NCBI GenBank assembly: GCA_036918135.1
Contig: JBALDB010000056.1
Coordinates: 224,001 to 288,000, forward strand
Source: Nostoc sp.
Lineage (GTDB): Bacteria > Cyanobacteriota > Cyanobacteriia > Cyanobacteriales > Nostocaceae
Direction: 5' to 3'
Length of the DNA stretch: 64,000 nt
Shown here: in pieces, positions 30,070-40,342 of the stretch
Numbering within the stretch: position 1 is the first letter of the stretch
Layout: each line of letters starts with the position of its first letter
The notes under the pieces: model-generated
Database searches by the model: none
What the model was told of the DNA's origin: nothing
The model's input: the letters and a program-made list of their open reading frames with translations, nothing else
Translations under genes and position numbers: made by a program

Positions 30070-31017
30070 TTATTTTTGATACATCGATAAAAGCAGACAT
30101 TCCCAAACTAACCGTGGTTGAGCATAAGTAAGTAAATATTTACGAGCTTGTTCTAGCTGCTCGATTGTTTTAGATTGATGCCACTGCTGCCAGTAGAATT
30201 GCTGAAGATAATCAACTAACCACAGTTGTGCTTCTGTATCTAAATCTTTATCGATTTTTTTGGCTAACTCTAAAGCGTTGCGATAAGATTTAGGCGCGAG
30301 TTTCAAGTCTGCGAGTAATTCAGGGGGAATAGCTTGTAGTTGCTCAAAACAAGCGATCGCCTTTCCCACACTGCCAGCTGCTATGCTCAATACTGCTTGA
30401 TATTCCAAAATTTCCTCATGACCTGTTTGCTTAAGTACAACAGCCAAAGACTGTGCATCTAGGCGATAAAAAGGAATGCGTTGACAGCGTGACACCAAGG
30501 TTGGTATCACAGACTCAACTGTAGGTGCAATTAAAATTAATGTCGCTTGTCCTGGTTCTTCTAAAGTTTTCAGTAAAGCATTCGCTGCTGCTTCTGCCAT
30601 TGTTTGAGCTTCCTCCAGTACTACCACATTCCTTGGCGCTTCTAAAGGCGGACGACTGAGAAATTCAGTAATTTCCCGAATTTGCTCTAATCGAATTACT
30701 GGTGGTGTCTTACGTTTGAGTCCTTTTTCAGTGGCTTCTGCTGCTGTGAATCGTTGTCCCTGGTGTTGATAAGTTGGTTGCACCCACAATAAAGCTGGGT
30801 GATTACCTTGAAGCAAACGGTTCTGTAAAGATACACTGGCTTGCATTTCACTAGAGAATAGCAATTCTACAAAGCACCTAGCTGCTAAACTCCTTCCTAC
30901 ACCATCTGGGCCGACGAATAAATAAGCTGGAGGAACGCGGTTTTGTTTGACAGCTTGAGTGAGTAACTCTATAGCTTGTTGTTGTCCTACAAGTGGTGTA
31001 AATGGATCGTTGGGCAT
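30070..31017 (-). CDS. holB: DNA polymerase III delta' subunit
   Basis: AYLFVGPDGVGR, AANALLKTLEEP and TLVSRCQ. Confidence 0.93.
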   Translation of the reverse strand: MPNDPFTPLVGQQQAIELLTQAVKQNRVPPAYLFVGPDGVGRSLAARCFVELLFSSEMQASVSLQNRLLQGNHPALLWVQPTYQHQGQRFTAAEATEKGLKRKTPPVIRLEQIREITEFLSRPPLEAPRNVVVLEEAQTMAEAAANALLKTLEEPGQATLILIAPTVESVIPTLVSRCQRIPFYRLDAQSLAVVLKQTGHEEILEYQAVLSIAAGSVGKAIACFEQLQAIPPELLADLKLAPKSYRNALELAKKIDKDLDTEAQLWLVDYLQQFYWQQWHQSKTIEQLEQARKYLLTYAQPRLVWECLLLSMYQK

Positions 31018-31616
31018 TGAGTATGGGTCAATTGTAATCTCTACAACAGTGGTCTTAGTGTTTAGAGGATAATTTTCTAAAATTTAATGGTGATTTTTTC
31101 AGTTTGAAGATATCAAAAATAAGTTTTTGAATTTTTCTAGATTTATTTAATAAATATTTTTTCACTAATGAAAATTATACTACATTATGGGCAAAAAAAC
31201 TTCACATTTCTCAAGTACAAAAAACTTGTGGTATAAATGTTCTTTTTTGCCTTATACGTTGTTGTAATATTTAGCTTAGATAAAGAAAAGCAGACATTAT
31301 CAAATAATTATTGCTGAATTAGATAATCTGAATACATAAGATAGAAAAAAAATAGCTTAAATTATTAACTTATCAACTATTAATTAAGTACAATCTTTTA
31401 TCAAGATTTGCTGCAAATTTTTTTGGTTATTTGAAGCATTATTTAGGGTATATAAATGTTAGCCAAATAACTCCTATTTGATTGCGTAAAAAAACTCCCA
31501 CTCAACCCAAAACTGCAAATTTAAGTGAATAAATATTGAGGATTTTAGCATTTTTTCAAGTAAAAAATCGTGAAAAAACCATAACACCGAAATCAAGATT
31601 ACCAGAGGAAACCGAG

Positions 31617-33185
31617 ATGGAAATCTTCGATTACGTAATTCTAGGAGCCGGATTGGGTGGACTTTCTGCTGCTGCCTGTTTAACTCGACAAGGCTACCGG
31701 GTAGCAGTTTTAGAACAACATTATTTACCTGGTGGATGCTGTCACACCTTTGATTATGGGGAATATAGTTTTTGTGCTAACGTTCATTACATTTCCCAAT
31801 GTGGTTCTGGTCAAACCATAGCCCAATTTTTAAACTATATTCATCAAGATATAGCCTTTAATAGCCTTAATCCTGACTGCATCGACCGAGTTATTACACC
31901 AGAGGCAGATTTTAGAATTCCTTTAGGATGGGAGAATTTGCGATCGCGTTTACTTTCGACATTTCCAGAAGAAGCTGGGGCAATTAACCATTACTGCAAT
32001 GAAATTGTGCAACTCCACCAAGAAATTCGCAACTTCGTACAGGAAGTACGGTGGTTCGATCGCAAATTATCTGATTGGTTAAAGTTACCAAAATATTTCA
32101 ATTTATTTTGCAAGCGGAACTGGACACTACAAAATTTGTATAACCATGTCGGTTTGTCGCCTAAACTACAAGCAGTCTTGGCGGGGCAAAGTGGTGATTA
32201 TGGATTACCACCTGAAGAAATTGCTCTACTCACCCACACTTCCTTAGTTTGGGACTACTCAGAAGGCGCTTATTATCCAAAACATCACTTCAGACACTTT
32301 GTTGACACTATTGCAAACGTAATTACCGCAGGTGGCGGTGTAATTAAGTACTCAACTTTAGTTAACCATATTCAAGTTAGCAACCATACTGTCCATAGCG
32401 TACTTGCCGATGGAATCACCTATCGCGCTACTAAGGCTTATATCAGCGACCTCGACCCCAAATTAACAGTAGAGTTGATGCACGATACTGAGGCTTTGAG
32501 CGATAAAGAGCGTCAACGCCTCACTCGTTACGAATACTCAGCTAGTGCTTTCAATATTTACTTAGGTTTAGATAGCGGCTTCAATCCCCATCGCTACGGC
32601 ATCGGTAACTGGAATATTTGGTATTATCCTACAGGCAACCTCAATAAAGAATATCAACAACAATTGCAGGGAGACCTCAGTCAGCCGTGGATTTTCCTCT
32701 CGTGTCCGACGATGAAATCCAGCGAACCAGGCCTAGCACCAGAGGGACATCATGTTTTAGAGATTGCTACTGTCTGCTCCTATGAATCATTTGAATATCT
32801 GCATAAAACCAACCCCAAAGCATATAAAATTAAAAAACAGCAAGTTTATCAGCAGATAATGACAAGTGTGCGAGATTTGATTCCAGATGTGGACAACTAC
32901 ACCCGAATCAAAGTTTACGGTACACCTACCATCAGCGAATTTTATCTTAGACGACCCCAGGGTAATATTTACGGTGCAAAATTAGTACCAAAACAAGTTG
33001 GTTTAAATCGTCTGGGATATGTGACCGAATTACCGAACCTTTTTTTAGTAGGGGCGAGTGCTGGATATCCGAGTGTACCGGGTGTAATTGGTAATGGAAT
33101 GGATGTAGTGGAACTATTGACAGGGCGATCGCCACGCCAGAAACTTGAAATAAGCACCGTTGGCAACAAGAACGCTTGTATGTAA
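31617..33185 (+). CDS. Phytoene-desaturase-family FAD-dependent oxidoreductase
   Basis: VILGAGLGGL...LEQHYLPGGC, GNIYG and NLFLVG. Probable ATG at 31617. Substrate unknown. Confidence 0.85.
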   Translation: MEIFDYVILGAGLGGLSAAACLTRQGYRVAVLEQHYLPGGCCHTFDYGEYSFCANVHYISQCGSGQTIAQFLNYIHQDIAFNSLNPDCIDRVITPEADFRIPLGWENLRSRLLSTFPEEAGAINHYCNEIVQLHQEIRNFVQEVRWFDRKLSDWLKLPKYFNLFCKRNWTLQNLYNHVGLSPKLQAVLAGQSGDYGLPPEEIALLTHTSLVWDYSEGAYYPKHHFRHFVDTIANVITAGGGVIKYSTLVNHIQVSNHTVHSVLADGITYRATKAYISDLDPKLTVELMHDTEALSDKERQRLTRYEYSASAFNIYLGLDSGFNPHRYGIGNWNIWYYPTGNLNKEYQQQLQGDLSQPWIFLSCPTMKSSEPGLAPEGHHVLEIATVCSYESFEYLHKTNPKAYKIKKQQVYQQIMTSVRDLIPDVDNYTRIKVYGTPTISEFYLRRPQGNIYGAKLVPKQVGLNRLGYVTELPNLFLVGASAGYPSVPGVIGNGMDVVELLTGRSPRQKLEISTVGNKNACM

Positions 33186-33239
33186 GCATTTTAAACTTTG
33201 ACATCACAAGCGTTTGTTACTTTTGAATTCATCGCTTAC

Positions 33240-35048
33240 CTATTGTCCACCATCCCCTGATAAATTTAGCTCCCCATAGACATTGATATTAAATGTAAAT
33301 TGAATCTGGATGTAGTTGTTGGGATATCCTGTAGGCAAAGGTGCAAAGGGCGCAGCTCTCTGTATAGCGTTGATTGCGGCTCGATCCGTCACACTAAATC
33401 CAGAAGTTTCTGCAAGCTCGAGATTGCTCAATTGACCTGAACGGCTAATACTGAAGTGAAGTACTGTTCGCCGGGAAGACTGGCTCAGTCCCGGTAGCCA
33501 CTGCTGCCTTACTTGTTGCTGTAATTGGTTCAAGTAAGAGGTAATATCTATATCTTGACTTTGGGCATCAATACCAGGAGGAGCTTGGCGATCTCGGTTG
33601 GAATTAGGTAATGCTGCCAGATAATCACCACTAAAATTTCGACTAGATACACTCACCGTACCACCCAACAAGCTTGCTGCACCTGTATTTTTAGAAGACC
33701 GAGCTTGAGATGGTGTTCGTCCGCTTAAGGGTGTTCTTGACTGCCCTAAGTTCTTAGGATTCGGTACTGGTGATTTAGTAGCTCTTGCAAGCGCTGTTTT
33801 TCGCGGCTTAGCTAGCGGTGGTGTAGTATTAGGCGCGAGTGCAATTTTTTTCGGCTTTGATGCTGGTGGTGTGGTTGCTCTTGTAAGTGCTGTTGACTCA
33901 ACTTTGGGCGCTGGTAACTTTGTATTAGGCGCGAGTGCAATTTTTTTCGGCTTTGGTGCTGGTGGTGTGGTTGCTCTTGCAAGTGGTGTTGGCTCAACTT
34001 TGGGCACTTGTAACTTTCGCGCCAGGGGCTTTGGCGGTGGTGTGGTTGCTCTTGTAAGTGGTGTTGGCTCAACTTTGGGCACTTGTAACTTTCGCGCCAG
34101 GGGCTTTGGCAGTGGTGTGGTTGCTCTTATGAGTGGTGTTGGCTCAACTTTGGGCACTTGTAACTTTCGCGCCAGGGGCTTTGGTGCTGGTGGTGTGGTT
34201 GCTCTTGTGAGTGGTGTTGGTTCAACTTTGGGCGCTGGTAACTTTGTATTTAGCACCAGGGGCTTTGGTGGTGTGGTTGCTCTTGTGAGTGGTGTTGGTT
34301 CAACTTTGGGCGCTGGTAACTTTGTATTTAGCACCAGGGGCTTTGGTGGTGTGGTTGCTCTTGTGAGTGGTGTTGGCTCAACTTTGGGTACTGGTAACTT
34401 TGTATTCAGCGCCAGGGGCTTTGGTGGTATGGTTGCTCTTGTGAGTGGTGTTGGCTCAACTTTGGGCGCTGGTAACTCTGTATTTGGCGTTAGGGGCTTT
34501 GGTGGTATGGTTGCTCTTGTGAGTGGTGTTGGCTCAACTTTGGGCGCTGGTAACTCTGTATTTGGCGTTAGGGGCTTTGGTACTGGTGGTATGGTTGCTC
34601 TTGTGAGTGGTGTTGGTTCAGATTTTGGTTGCTCAGGAGATAAATTTGTTGATTTTGCTTTCTGTTGCCTTGGTTCTGGCTGGAATACCTTTGCTGGAGA
34701 TAAGGCTGTTAAGTCAGAAGAACTTTCACTAGAGGCTTTATGTGCATCTATTCGCGGCTTGACAGCAGAAACAGGTCTTTTCAGTAAAGCTTTACCACCT
34801 GCAATTGAATCTTTAATAGCCCGGCGTGAGGTTTTTTGAGGTATGTGTGTTTCATTAGGAGGAACTTCAACTATCTCAATTGGAATTTCTTGAGAAATAT
34901 CTTGCTTCGGCTCAGGTACAAAAGCTGTAAGCAAATATTTGCCACCTACCAGTAAAGTAAAATGCACAAGGATAGAAATAACTAGACATTGGAGCGTTTC
35001 TCCAGGGCGCACGCTCCGATAGCGGTGTAATTCATCAGAAAAAGCCAT
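33240..35048 (-). CDS. TonB-family protein with a long Pro-rich repeat spacer
   Basis: N-terminal TM SILVH, ~10 KVEPTPLTRATTPPKP repeats, and a C-terminal TonB_C domain (TSGFSVTDRAAINAIQRAAPFAPLP). Confidence 0.85.
   Translation of the reverse strand: MAFSDELHRYRSVRPGETLQCLVISILVHFTLLVGGKYLLTAFVPEPKQDISQEIPIEIVEVPPNETHIPQKTSRRAIKDSIAGGKALLKRPVSAVKPRIDAHKASSESSSDLTALSPAKVFQPEPRQQKAKSTNLSPEQPKSEPTPLTRATIPPVPKPLTPNTELPAPKVEPTPLTRATIPPKPLTPNTELPAPKVEPTPLTRATIPPKPLALNTKLPVPKVEPTPLTRATTPPKPLVLNTKLPAPKVEPTPLTRATTPPKPLVLNTKLPAPKVEPTPLTRATTPPAPKPLARKLQVPKVEPTPLIRATTPLPKPLARKLQVPKVEPTPLTRATTPPPKPLARKLQVPKVEPTPLARATTPPAPKPKKIALAPNTKLPAPKVESTALTRATTPPASKPKKIALAPNTTPPLAKPRKTALARATKSPVPNPKNLGQSRTPLSGRTPSQARSSKNTGAASLLGGTVSVSSRNFSGDYLAALPNSNRDRQAPPGIDAQSQDIDITSYLNQLQQQVRQQWLPGLSQSSRRTVLHFSISRSGQLSNLELAETSGFSVTDRAAINAIQRAAPFAPLPTGYPNNYIQIQFTFNINVYGELNLSGDGGQ
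33780..34620 (-). repeat. Intragenic ~69-87-bp tandem repeats in the TonB spacer
   Basis: Recurrent GGTTGCTCTTGTGAGTGGTGTTGGCTCAACTTTGGG on the + strand. Confidence 0.9.
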
Positions 35049-35115
35049 GTTATTGTGCTTTTGCGTTATAGTGCTATTTAATCACTCTTACCAGAGAATA
35101 AATAATTGTGTCTTA

Positions 35116-35245
35116 GAGGATGTTTGAAAAGTCCTCTTGTAGGTATCAAAAGTTTTAGATTGCTCTAAATGTCCCTTAAAAAGGGAGGTAGTCGGGAAAT
35201 CTAAAAGTGCCTAAAGTCACAGTGAAACACTTTTCAAACAACCTC
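35116..35245. mobile_element. 130-bp MITE with IS5/IS1031-like ends
   Basis: TTA-GAGGATGTTTGAAAAGT ... ACTTTTCAAACAACCTC-TTA: 17-bp inverted repeats with a 3-bp TTA duplication. Another left end lies at 12322. Confidence 0.8.
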
Positions 35246-35506
35246 TTAGAGTTAATAATAAAATATTTTCTTAATTAAATAACAACTTATAGAGTTGGTT
35301 ACAGAATTAAAAGCTGAGTTAACTACCATGTCCAAAGCTGCAAAATGAAACTCTGACTACGTGCAATGACACAATACTCTTACTATAAATAATGAAGCAA
35401 TTTCTCATCAATTAGAAACTTTATTAACTCCAGCGATCGCAAATCAACAAAAATCTTATAGCAGTCCTATAAGGATTTATAAAATCTTGATACCCAGGCT
35501 GTTTAC

Positions 35507-36001
35507 CTATTGATTAATTCGGAGTCCCATAATAACTAAGTCTCGTTCAATACCGTCTAGTTCTGCAATTTTAGGTAAATGTCCCCACTGTTGAAATCCA
35601 AATGTTGCAAATAAGTTTAAACTGGGTTGATTGTGGGCAAAAATGAAGCATACTAAAGTTTTTAAACCCAAATTAGAACTTTCTTGAATTGCTTGTGCTA
35701 AAAGTTGCTTTCCTAAACCACATCGATGAAAGGCAGGCGCTATGTAAATACTAATTTCAGCTGTCGTACTATAAGCAGGTCGCCCATAAAACGATTGGAA
35801 ACTCAGCCAGCCAGCAATTACTCCTTCTACTTCGATTACCCAAAGCGGACGTTGTGAAGGCGATCGCGCCTTAAACCAAGCAAGCCGACTTTCCACAGAT
35901 ACCGGTTCTAAATCAGCAGTTGCCATGCGGCTAGGAATTGCAGCATTGTAAATTGCCACAATTGTATGTAAGTCAGTTTCGGTCGCATGGCGAATCATCA
36001 T
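35507..36001 (-). CDS. GNAT N-acetyltransferase (phosphinothricin acetyltransferase-like)
   Basis: IRHATETDL, FYGRPAY, AEISIYI and NQPSLNLF. Confidence 0.9.
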   Translation of the reverse strand: MMIRHATETDLHTIVAIYNAAIPSRMATADLEPVSVESRLAWFKARSPSQRPLWVIEVEGVIAGWLSFQSFYGRPAYSTTAEISIYIAPAFHRCGLGKQLLAQAIQESSNLGLKTLVCFIFAHNQPSLNLFATFGFQQWGHLPKIAELDGIERDLVIMGLRINQ

Positions 36002-36747
36002 TGCTAAGTCTCAAAGAAAATCTTCAGCAAATATTCAAAAATAATACAGCTTTAACAGTAGCAATTATAAGGCTCCTACCCTAATTCTTATAGATGTTGA
36101 CGTAGAGATTCCCTAAAATACTAATTTACTAATTTTTAAATTAGAAAAAATACAAAAGCTATAAGCTAGATGAAGTAAAATTTTCTACCTTGTCTCATAT
36201 GTATTTCAACTAGGAAGCTCTACATCATTAGCAAAGACACTAATGTTGCTAGAACTAGATAAAAATTGTAATGCATTGTCTCTTGTATTGGTTGTCACTA
36301 AAAAACTTTATAATTTCTCACTCTTAAATCATAAGTCTTTATTTCTAACCTCTGATTCATTTCTCATTCTCAAGAAACAGGTAACTTTAATAATTACACA
36401 AATAATAAATTTTTTTATTTCGACATCTATGTATATTTGGTTAAATTTCAATAAATTTAGTTTTTAATGTAATTGTAGCACAGCAATTTTTAGAATATAT
36501 GCATCCTAATATACAATCCAAAATTGTCTACTAGTATAATTTTTAAATATTTTTATAAGGTATTAACATGCATATAGATAGAGAAAATTTTGTATTTTTA
36601 AGCGCAATTATGAAAAAGTTTATTTTATCAATTTCAATAAAAATAAATTGCATCTACAGCTAAAGATAGAGGGTGCTAATGTTAGTTATGCTTAAACTTA
36701 AATTAGTAGTAATATGAATTTTTGTAAAATTTTAACTTCTATGCACT

Positions 36748-37707
36748 ATGCTAATTAAGTTTTTGATAAACAATGATACTTGTGTCAAGAAAATTAAACC
36801 TAATAATATATCTATAGAAGTTGAAGTTGCTATTTTTATAGATAAAATTAAAAATTTAATTTGGCTATTTGGTATTCCCTCTTGGCTTTTTGGCATAACT
36901 GATAGAAGTCTAGCTACATTTGCTGATGGCTATGTCTCGCCTGTAGAAATACTTCAACTATTTACAGCTTCTTTCTTTTTTTTCAGTTGGCTATATCTCA
37001 AACCAGAGGAAGGCTTTAATGGTAACGATTTAGAACCCAATCAGTATCAAGAATATCTTTATCGGATTCAAGCCGAAAAGCTGAAAATCAAAAAGCTACA
37101 CATGATTAGCCAAGAATATATTTTACCATTCCCTTATGTTTGTCAAATATATCATCTCTTGAGCTTAAAACATTTAGAAACAGTTCATAGGTTTAGTCTT
37201 AATAATCTGAAAATTGTCAATGTTAGCCATTTTCAAACCACAAATATTGGTGGAATTATTAAATTCCAAACAATATTAGACTCGCCAGCTAATCCTTTGA
37301 GAGTTTGGCGACAACCGATTGTAGAGGTAGATTTAATATTACATACTCCTTACACTATCGAACTGAGTATTCCAGTCTACAATAACAAAAGAATAATTGT
37401 TATTTTTAATGTCTTCCCATTAAATGAATCAGAACATCATTTATTTATAGATATTTATAGTGACCTAGAATGGCCAAAGCCATTATTGCAAATCATTTTA
37501 CATTTTGCTTCTTGTTTGACACTCTTTGAAGACTTGCCATATTTAAAAGCTCTAGCTGAGAAAAAGATAGAGCGTTTATTCAATTTAAATCGAACTTCAA
37601 ATCACGAAACGGGGTTGCTGTTTAAAAGATTTGTTGAGCTATATGGTTCGAGTGGAGAAGCAATTAAATTAATTGAGGCAGAGAAGATAATTAAAAGTGA
37701 GGAGTGA
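36748..37707 (+). CDS. Hypothetical membrane-anchored protein
   Basis: 319-aa ORF with two N-terminal hydrophobic segments. Start codon uncertain. Confidence 0.6.
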   Translation: MLIKFLINNDTCVKKIKPNNISIEVEVAIFIDKIKNLIWLFGIPSWLFGITDRSLATFADGYVSPVEILQLFTASFFFFSWLYLKPEEGFNGNDLEPNQYQEYLYRIQAEKLKIKKLHMISQEYILPFPYVCQIYHLLSLKHLETVHRFSLNNLKIVNVSHFQTTNIGGIIKFQTILDSPANPLRVWRQPIVEVDLILHTPYTIELSIPVYNNKRIIVIFNVFPLNESEHHLFIDIYSDLEWPKPLLQIILHFASCLTLFEDLPYLKALAEKKIERLFNLNRTSNHETGLLFKRFVELYGSSGEAIKLIEAEKIIKSEE

Positions 37708-37756
37708 GGAGTCAGTAATTCATAACTCATAACTCATAACTTATAACCTGATTTTT

Positions 37757-39463
37757 TTAAGCGCGTGCTAATAAGGGAGCAGCAGCTAGTAAGGTTTTGG
37801 TATAGGGGTGCTGAGGATTGGCAAAAATCTTTTTTGTATCACCGAGTTCAACAATTTTACCGCCGTTCATCACAGCAATCCGATCGCACAAAAATCTAGC
37901 TAACCAAAGGTCATGAGTAATAAACAGATAAGTTAACTCAAACTCTTCTTTTAATTGCAACATCAAATCTAGCACTTGTGACTGTACGCTGGCGTCTAAC
38001 ATACTCACAGGTTCATCACAAATTAAAAGTTTAGGGTGAGTAATCAAAGCACGAGCGATCGCTACTCGTTGTTGTTGTCCTCCAGACAAATCTGATGGAT
38101 AACGCTCATAATACACTTGTGGCGGTGTTAAGCCAACTTTTTCTAACATCCACAAAACTTGTTCTTTTGCCTTCACTGAATCAGCGAGATTGTGAATAAA
38201 TAAAGGATCGGCTATACTTTGTCCCACTGTCATTGCTGGATTCAGACAAGCATGGGGATCTTGAAAAACCATTTGTATTTGTCGCCGTGAAGACCGAATT
38301 TGTTTGCGCGACAGTCTAGTTAAATCTTGTCCTAAAAACTCAACTTTACCAGCCGTGGGACGAATTAGTTGCAAAATTGTCCGTGACAATGTACTTTTAC
38401 CGCAACCTGATTCACCAACTAAACCAAGAATTTCTTTTGGATATAGCTCCAGATTAATACCATCTACTGCTTTAATTGTCTGTGCTTGTTTGTTAAATAG
38501 TCTTTCAATAAAGTTAGGTTCTATAGTGTAATATTGTTTGAGTTCCGTAACACTCAAAATCGGTGATTTCTGATTAATATTTGCAAATTGCTTTTTCTCC
38601 CCAGCCACCAGTCCCCATTGCCCCTTATCCCCACAGGGGACCCCGAGTTCCCCAGTCTCTATTTCATCGACTGATTGAATATGTAAAGCTGCTTTGAGGA
38701 GGGATTGGGTGTATTCATGTTGCGGTTGTTTAAATACACTTTCTGTGGAACCCATTTCCACCATCTTACCTTGGTACATAACGCCAATGCGATCGCAATA
38801 CTCAGCTACCATTGCTAAATCGTGAGAAATCAGCAGCAATCCCATGTTTTCTTGACTGCACAGCCGAGTTAATTCTTGTAATATCTGCGCGGAAACAGTG
38901 ACATCTAAACTCGTGGTAGGTTCATCTGCAACAATCAACTTCGGGTTGAGAAGTAAAGCTAAAGCAATGGCTACCCGTTGTCGCATTCCGCCGCTAAATT
39001 CATGAGGAAACTGATTCCAGCGACTTTCGGGAATGTTTACCTTTGCCAATGTTGCAATTGCTTTTTCTTTGGCTTGTGAGGGTGATAATTGTGGGGAGTG
39101 CGCTTGCAGAGTTTCAATACAATGCTTACCAATGGTCATCAGTGGATCGAGGCGTGTCATCGGATCTTGAAAAATTAAAGCGATCGCTTCTCCGCGAAAT
39201 TTCCGCAATTGGTTAGGCGTCAAGTCAAACACTGACTGTTCCTGAAATGTGACTCGTCCCTCAACGCGACTAGAAGCTGGTAGTAAGCGCATTACGGTGC
39301 GTCCGATAGTTGACTTACCACAACCCGACTCTCCCACCAATCCCATTTTTTCACCTGGCTGCAAGGTGAAAGATACATCATCAACTGCCCAGCTTGGTTC
39401 TTCTCCACTTGGTTGAGGATAGGCAACTCGGAGATTTTCGATACAGAATAAGGCTTTACTCAT
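37757..39463 (-). CDS. Fused dual-ATPase peptide ABC transporter subunit (DppD/F-like)
   Basis: Two GESGCGKS Walker A motifs, with FSGGMRQR and LSGGQQQR signatures. Confidence 0.93.
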   Translation of the reverse strand: MSKALFCIENLRVAYPQPSGEEPSWAVDDVSFTLQPGEKMGLVGESGCGKSTIGRTVMRLLPASSRVEGRVTFQEQSVFDLTPNQLRKFRGEAIALIFQDPMTRLDPLMTIGKHCIETLQAHSPQLSPSQAKEKAIATLAKVNIPESRWNQFPHEFSGGMRQRVAIALALLLNPKLIVADEPTTSLDVTVSAQILQELTRLCSQENMGLLLISHDLAMVAEYCDRIGVMYQGKMVEMGSTESVFKQPQHEYTQSLLKAALHIQSVDEIETGELGVPCGDKGQWGLVAGEKKQFANINQKSPILSVTELKQYYTIEPNFIERLFNKQAQTIKAVDGINLELYPKEILGLVGESGCGKSTLSRTILQLIRPTAGKVEFLGQDLTRLSRKQIRSSRRQIQMVFQDPHACLNPAMTVGQSIADPLFIHNLADSVKAKEQVLWMLEKVGLTPPQVYYERYPSDLSGGQQQRVAIARALITHPKLLICDEPVSMLDASVQSQVLDLMLQLKEEFELTYLFITHDLWLARFLCDRIAVMNGGKIVELGDTKKIFANPQHPYTKTLLAAAPLLARA

Positions 39464-39833
39464 ACTTAGTTATCAGCGCTGAGCTAGCAGCTTTGATAGT
39501 TTTAAATTTAGATAGTTTAGCAGATTATTTTTAGAGCTTCCTTGTCTAAACATCTCTAATATATTAGCGATCGCTTCTATCGATGACTAGTTGTAGGGTG
39601 TTTCCGTAGGCTAAGCCACCCAGCCCTGTAACTATTGACGAATAGCACGCCGTATGTAAGTTTCTCAGAAGGTAAAACTTACCTTTGATATTCGGCTCCT
39701 CTCCCAGTTAAAGAATAGCGGTTTGATTTAAACTGTCAATACAAGCTTTTCCTTGACAACAGTCGCATAAATTAAATAAAGACTACAAACAAAGTCAATA
39801 TTCAACTAATAATAATCAAATAGGAGTTCTATA

Positions 39834-40262
39834 TTAACGTTCATGCTCTTGATGACGATCGCTCATACCTTGGTCAGTTTCTAATAGTCGCGAAATCAAC
39901 ACATCTGGTTTTCTACTGATTACAGACTTAACTTTATCAACTGCAATTACTTCACGGATTTGGACAACCATTTCCCAGAGAGTATCTTCGTCTGTATCTT
40001 GGTTGTAAGTTCTATGTTTAAACCACAATAAATCATCCCAAACTCCGATAATTGTAGCAAAGTACCACCTCTCTCGTATAAGTATCCAGATTTCTTGTTC
40101 TAAGTAAGTTTGTAGAAGAGATTTCACAACGGTTGAGATCGTAAAAAATATTGTGCTACATATTAAGTAAGTAATAATAAATCTTACAACGGTATAAATA
40201 CTGTTCTTAAATTGTTTGGCAACACTCTGCGTACCTTGGTGCTGATAGTCAACAGTCAACAA
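39834..40262 (-). CDS. Hypothetical protein
   Basis: 142-aa ORF with one hydrophobic segment. No family recognised; start uncertain. Confidence 0.45.
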   Translation of the reverse strand: MLTVDYQHQGTQSVAKQFKNSIYTVVRFIITYLICSTIFFTISTVVKSLLQTYLEQEIWILIRERWYFATIIGVWDDLLWFKHRTYNQDTDEDTLWEMVVQIREVIAVDKVKSVISRKPDVLISRLLETDQGMSDRHQEHER

Positions 40263-40308
40263 TCACCACTGATATTTTTTACTTTCTCTTGCAAGGATTG
40301 CTATATTA

Positions 40309-40331
40309 AAGCCCCCTTTAAAAAGGAGGCT
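40309..40331 (-). terminator. Possible hairpin downstream of cupA
   Basis: AGCCCCCTTT-aa-AAAGGAGGCT imperfect stem followed by T residues on the minus strand. Confidence 0.4.
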
Positions 40332-40342
40332 GAAGGAATCAT

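Noticed and set aside
33871..34839. 322-aa Gly/Val-rich plus-strand ORF
   Set aside because: It is the antisense shadow of the Pro-rich TonB repeat region.
36243..36467. 74-aa ORF, and similar short ORFs at 11335, 25630, 27924, 49114 and 58057
   Set aside because: These are AT-rich or repeat-derived frames with no RBS or motif support. The 25630-25872 frame overlaps the speB remnant and the TIR start out of frame.
39834..40262. cupS
   Set aside because: The position fits, but the sequence lacks fasciclin-domain motifs such as TVFAPTD.
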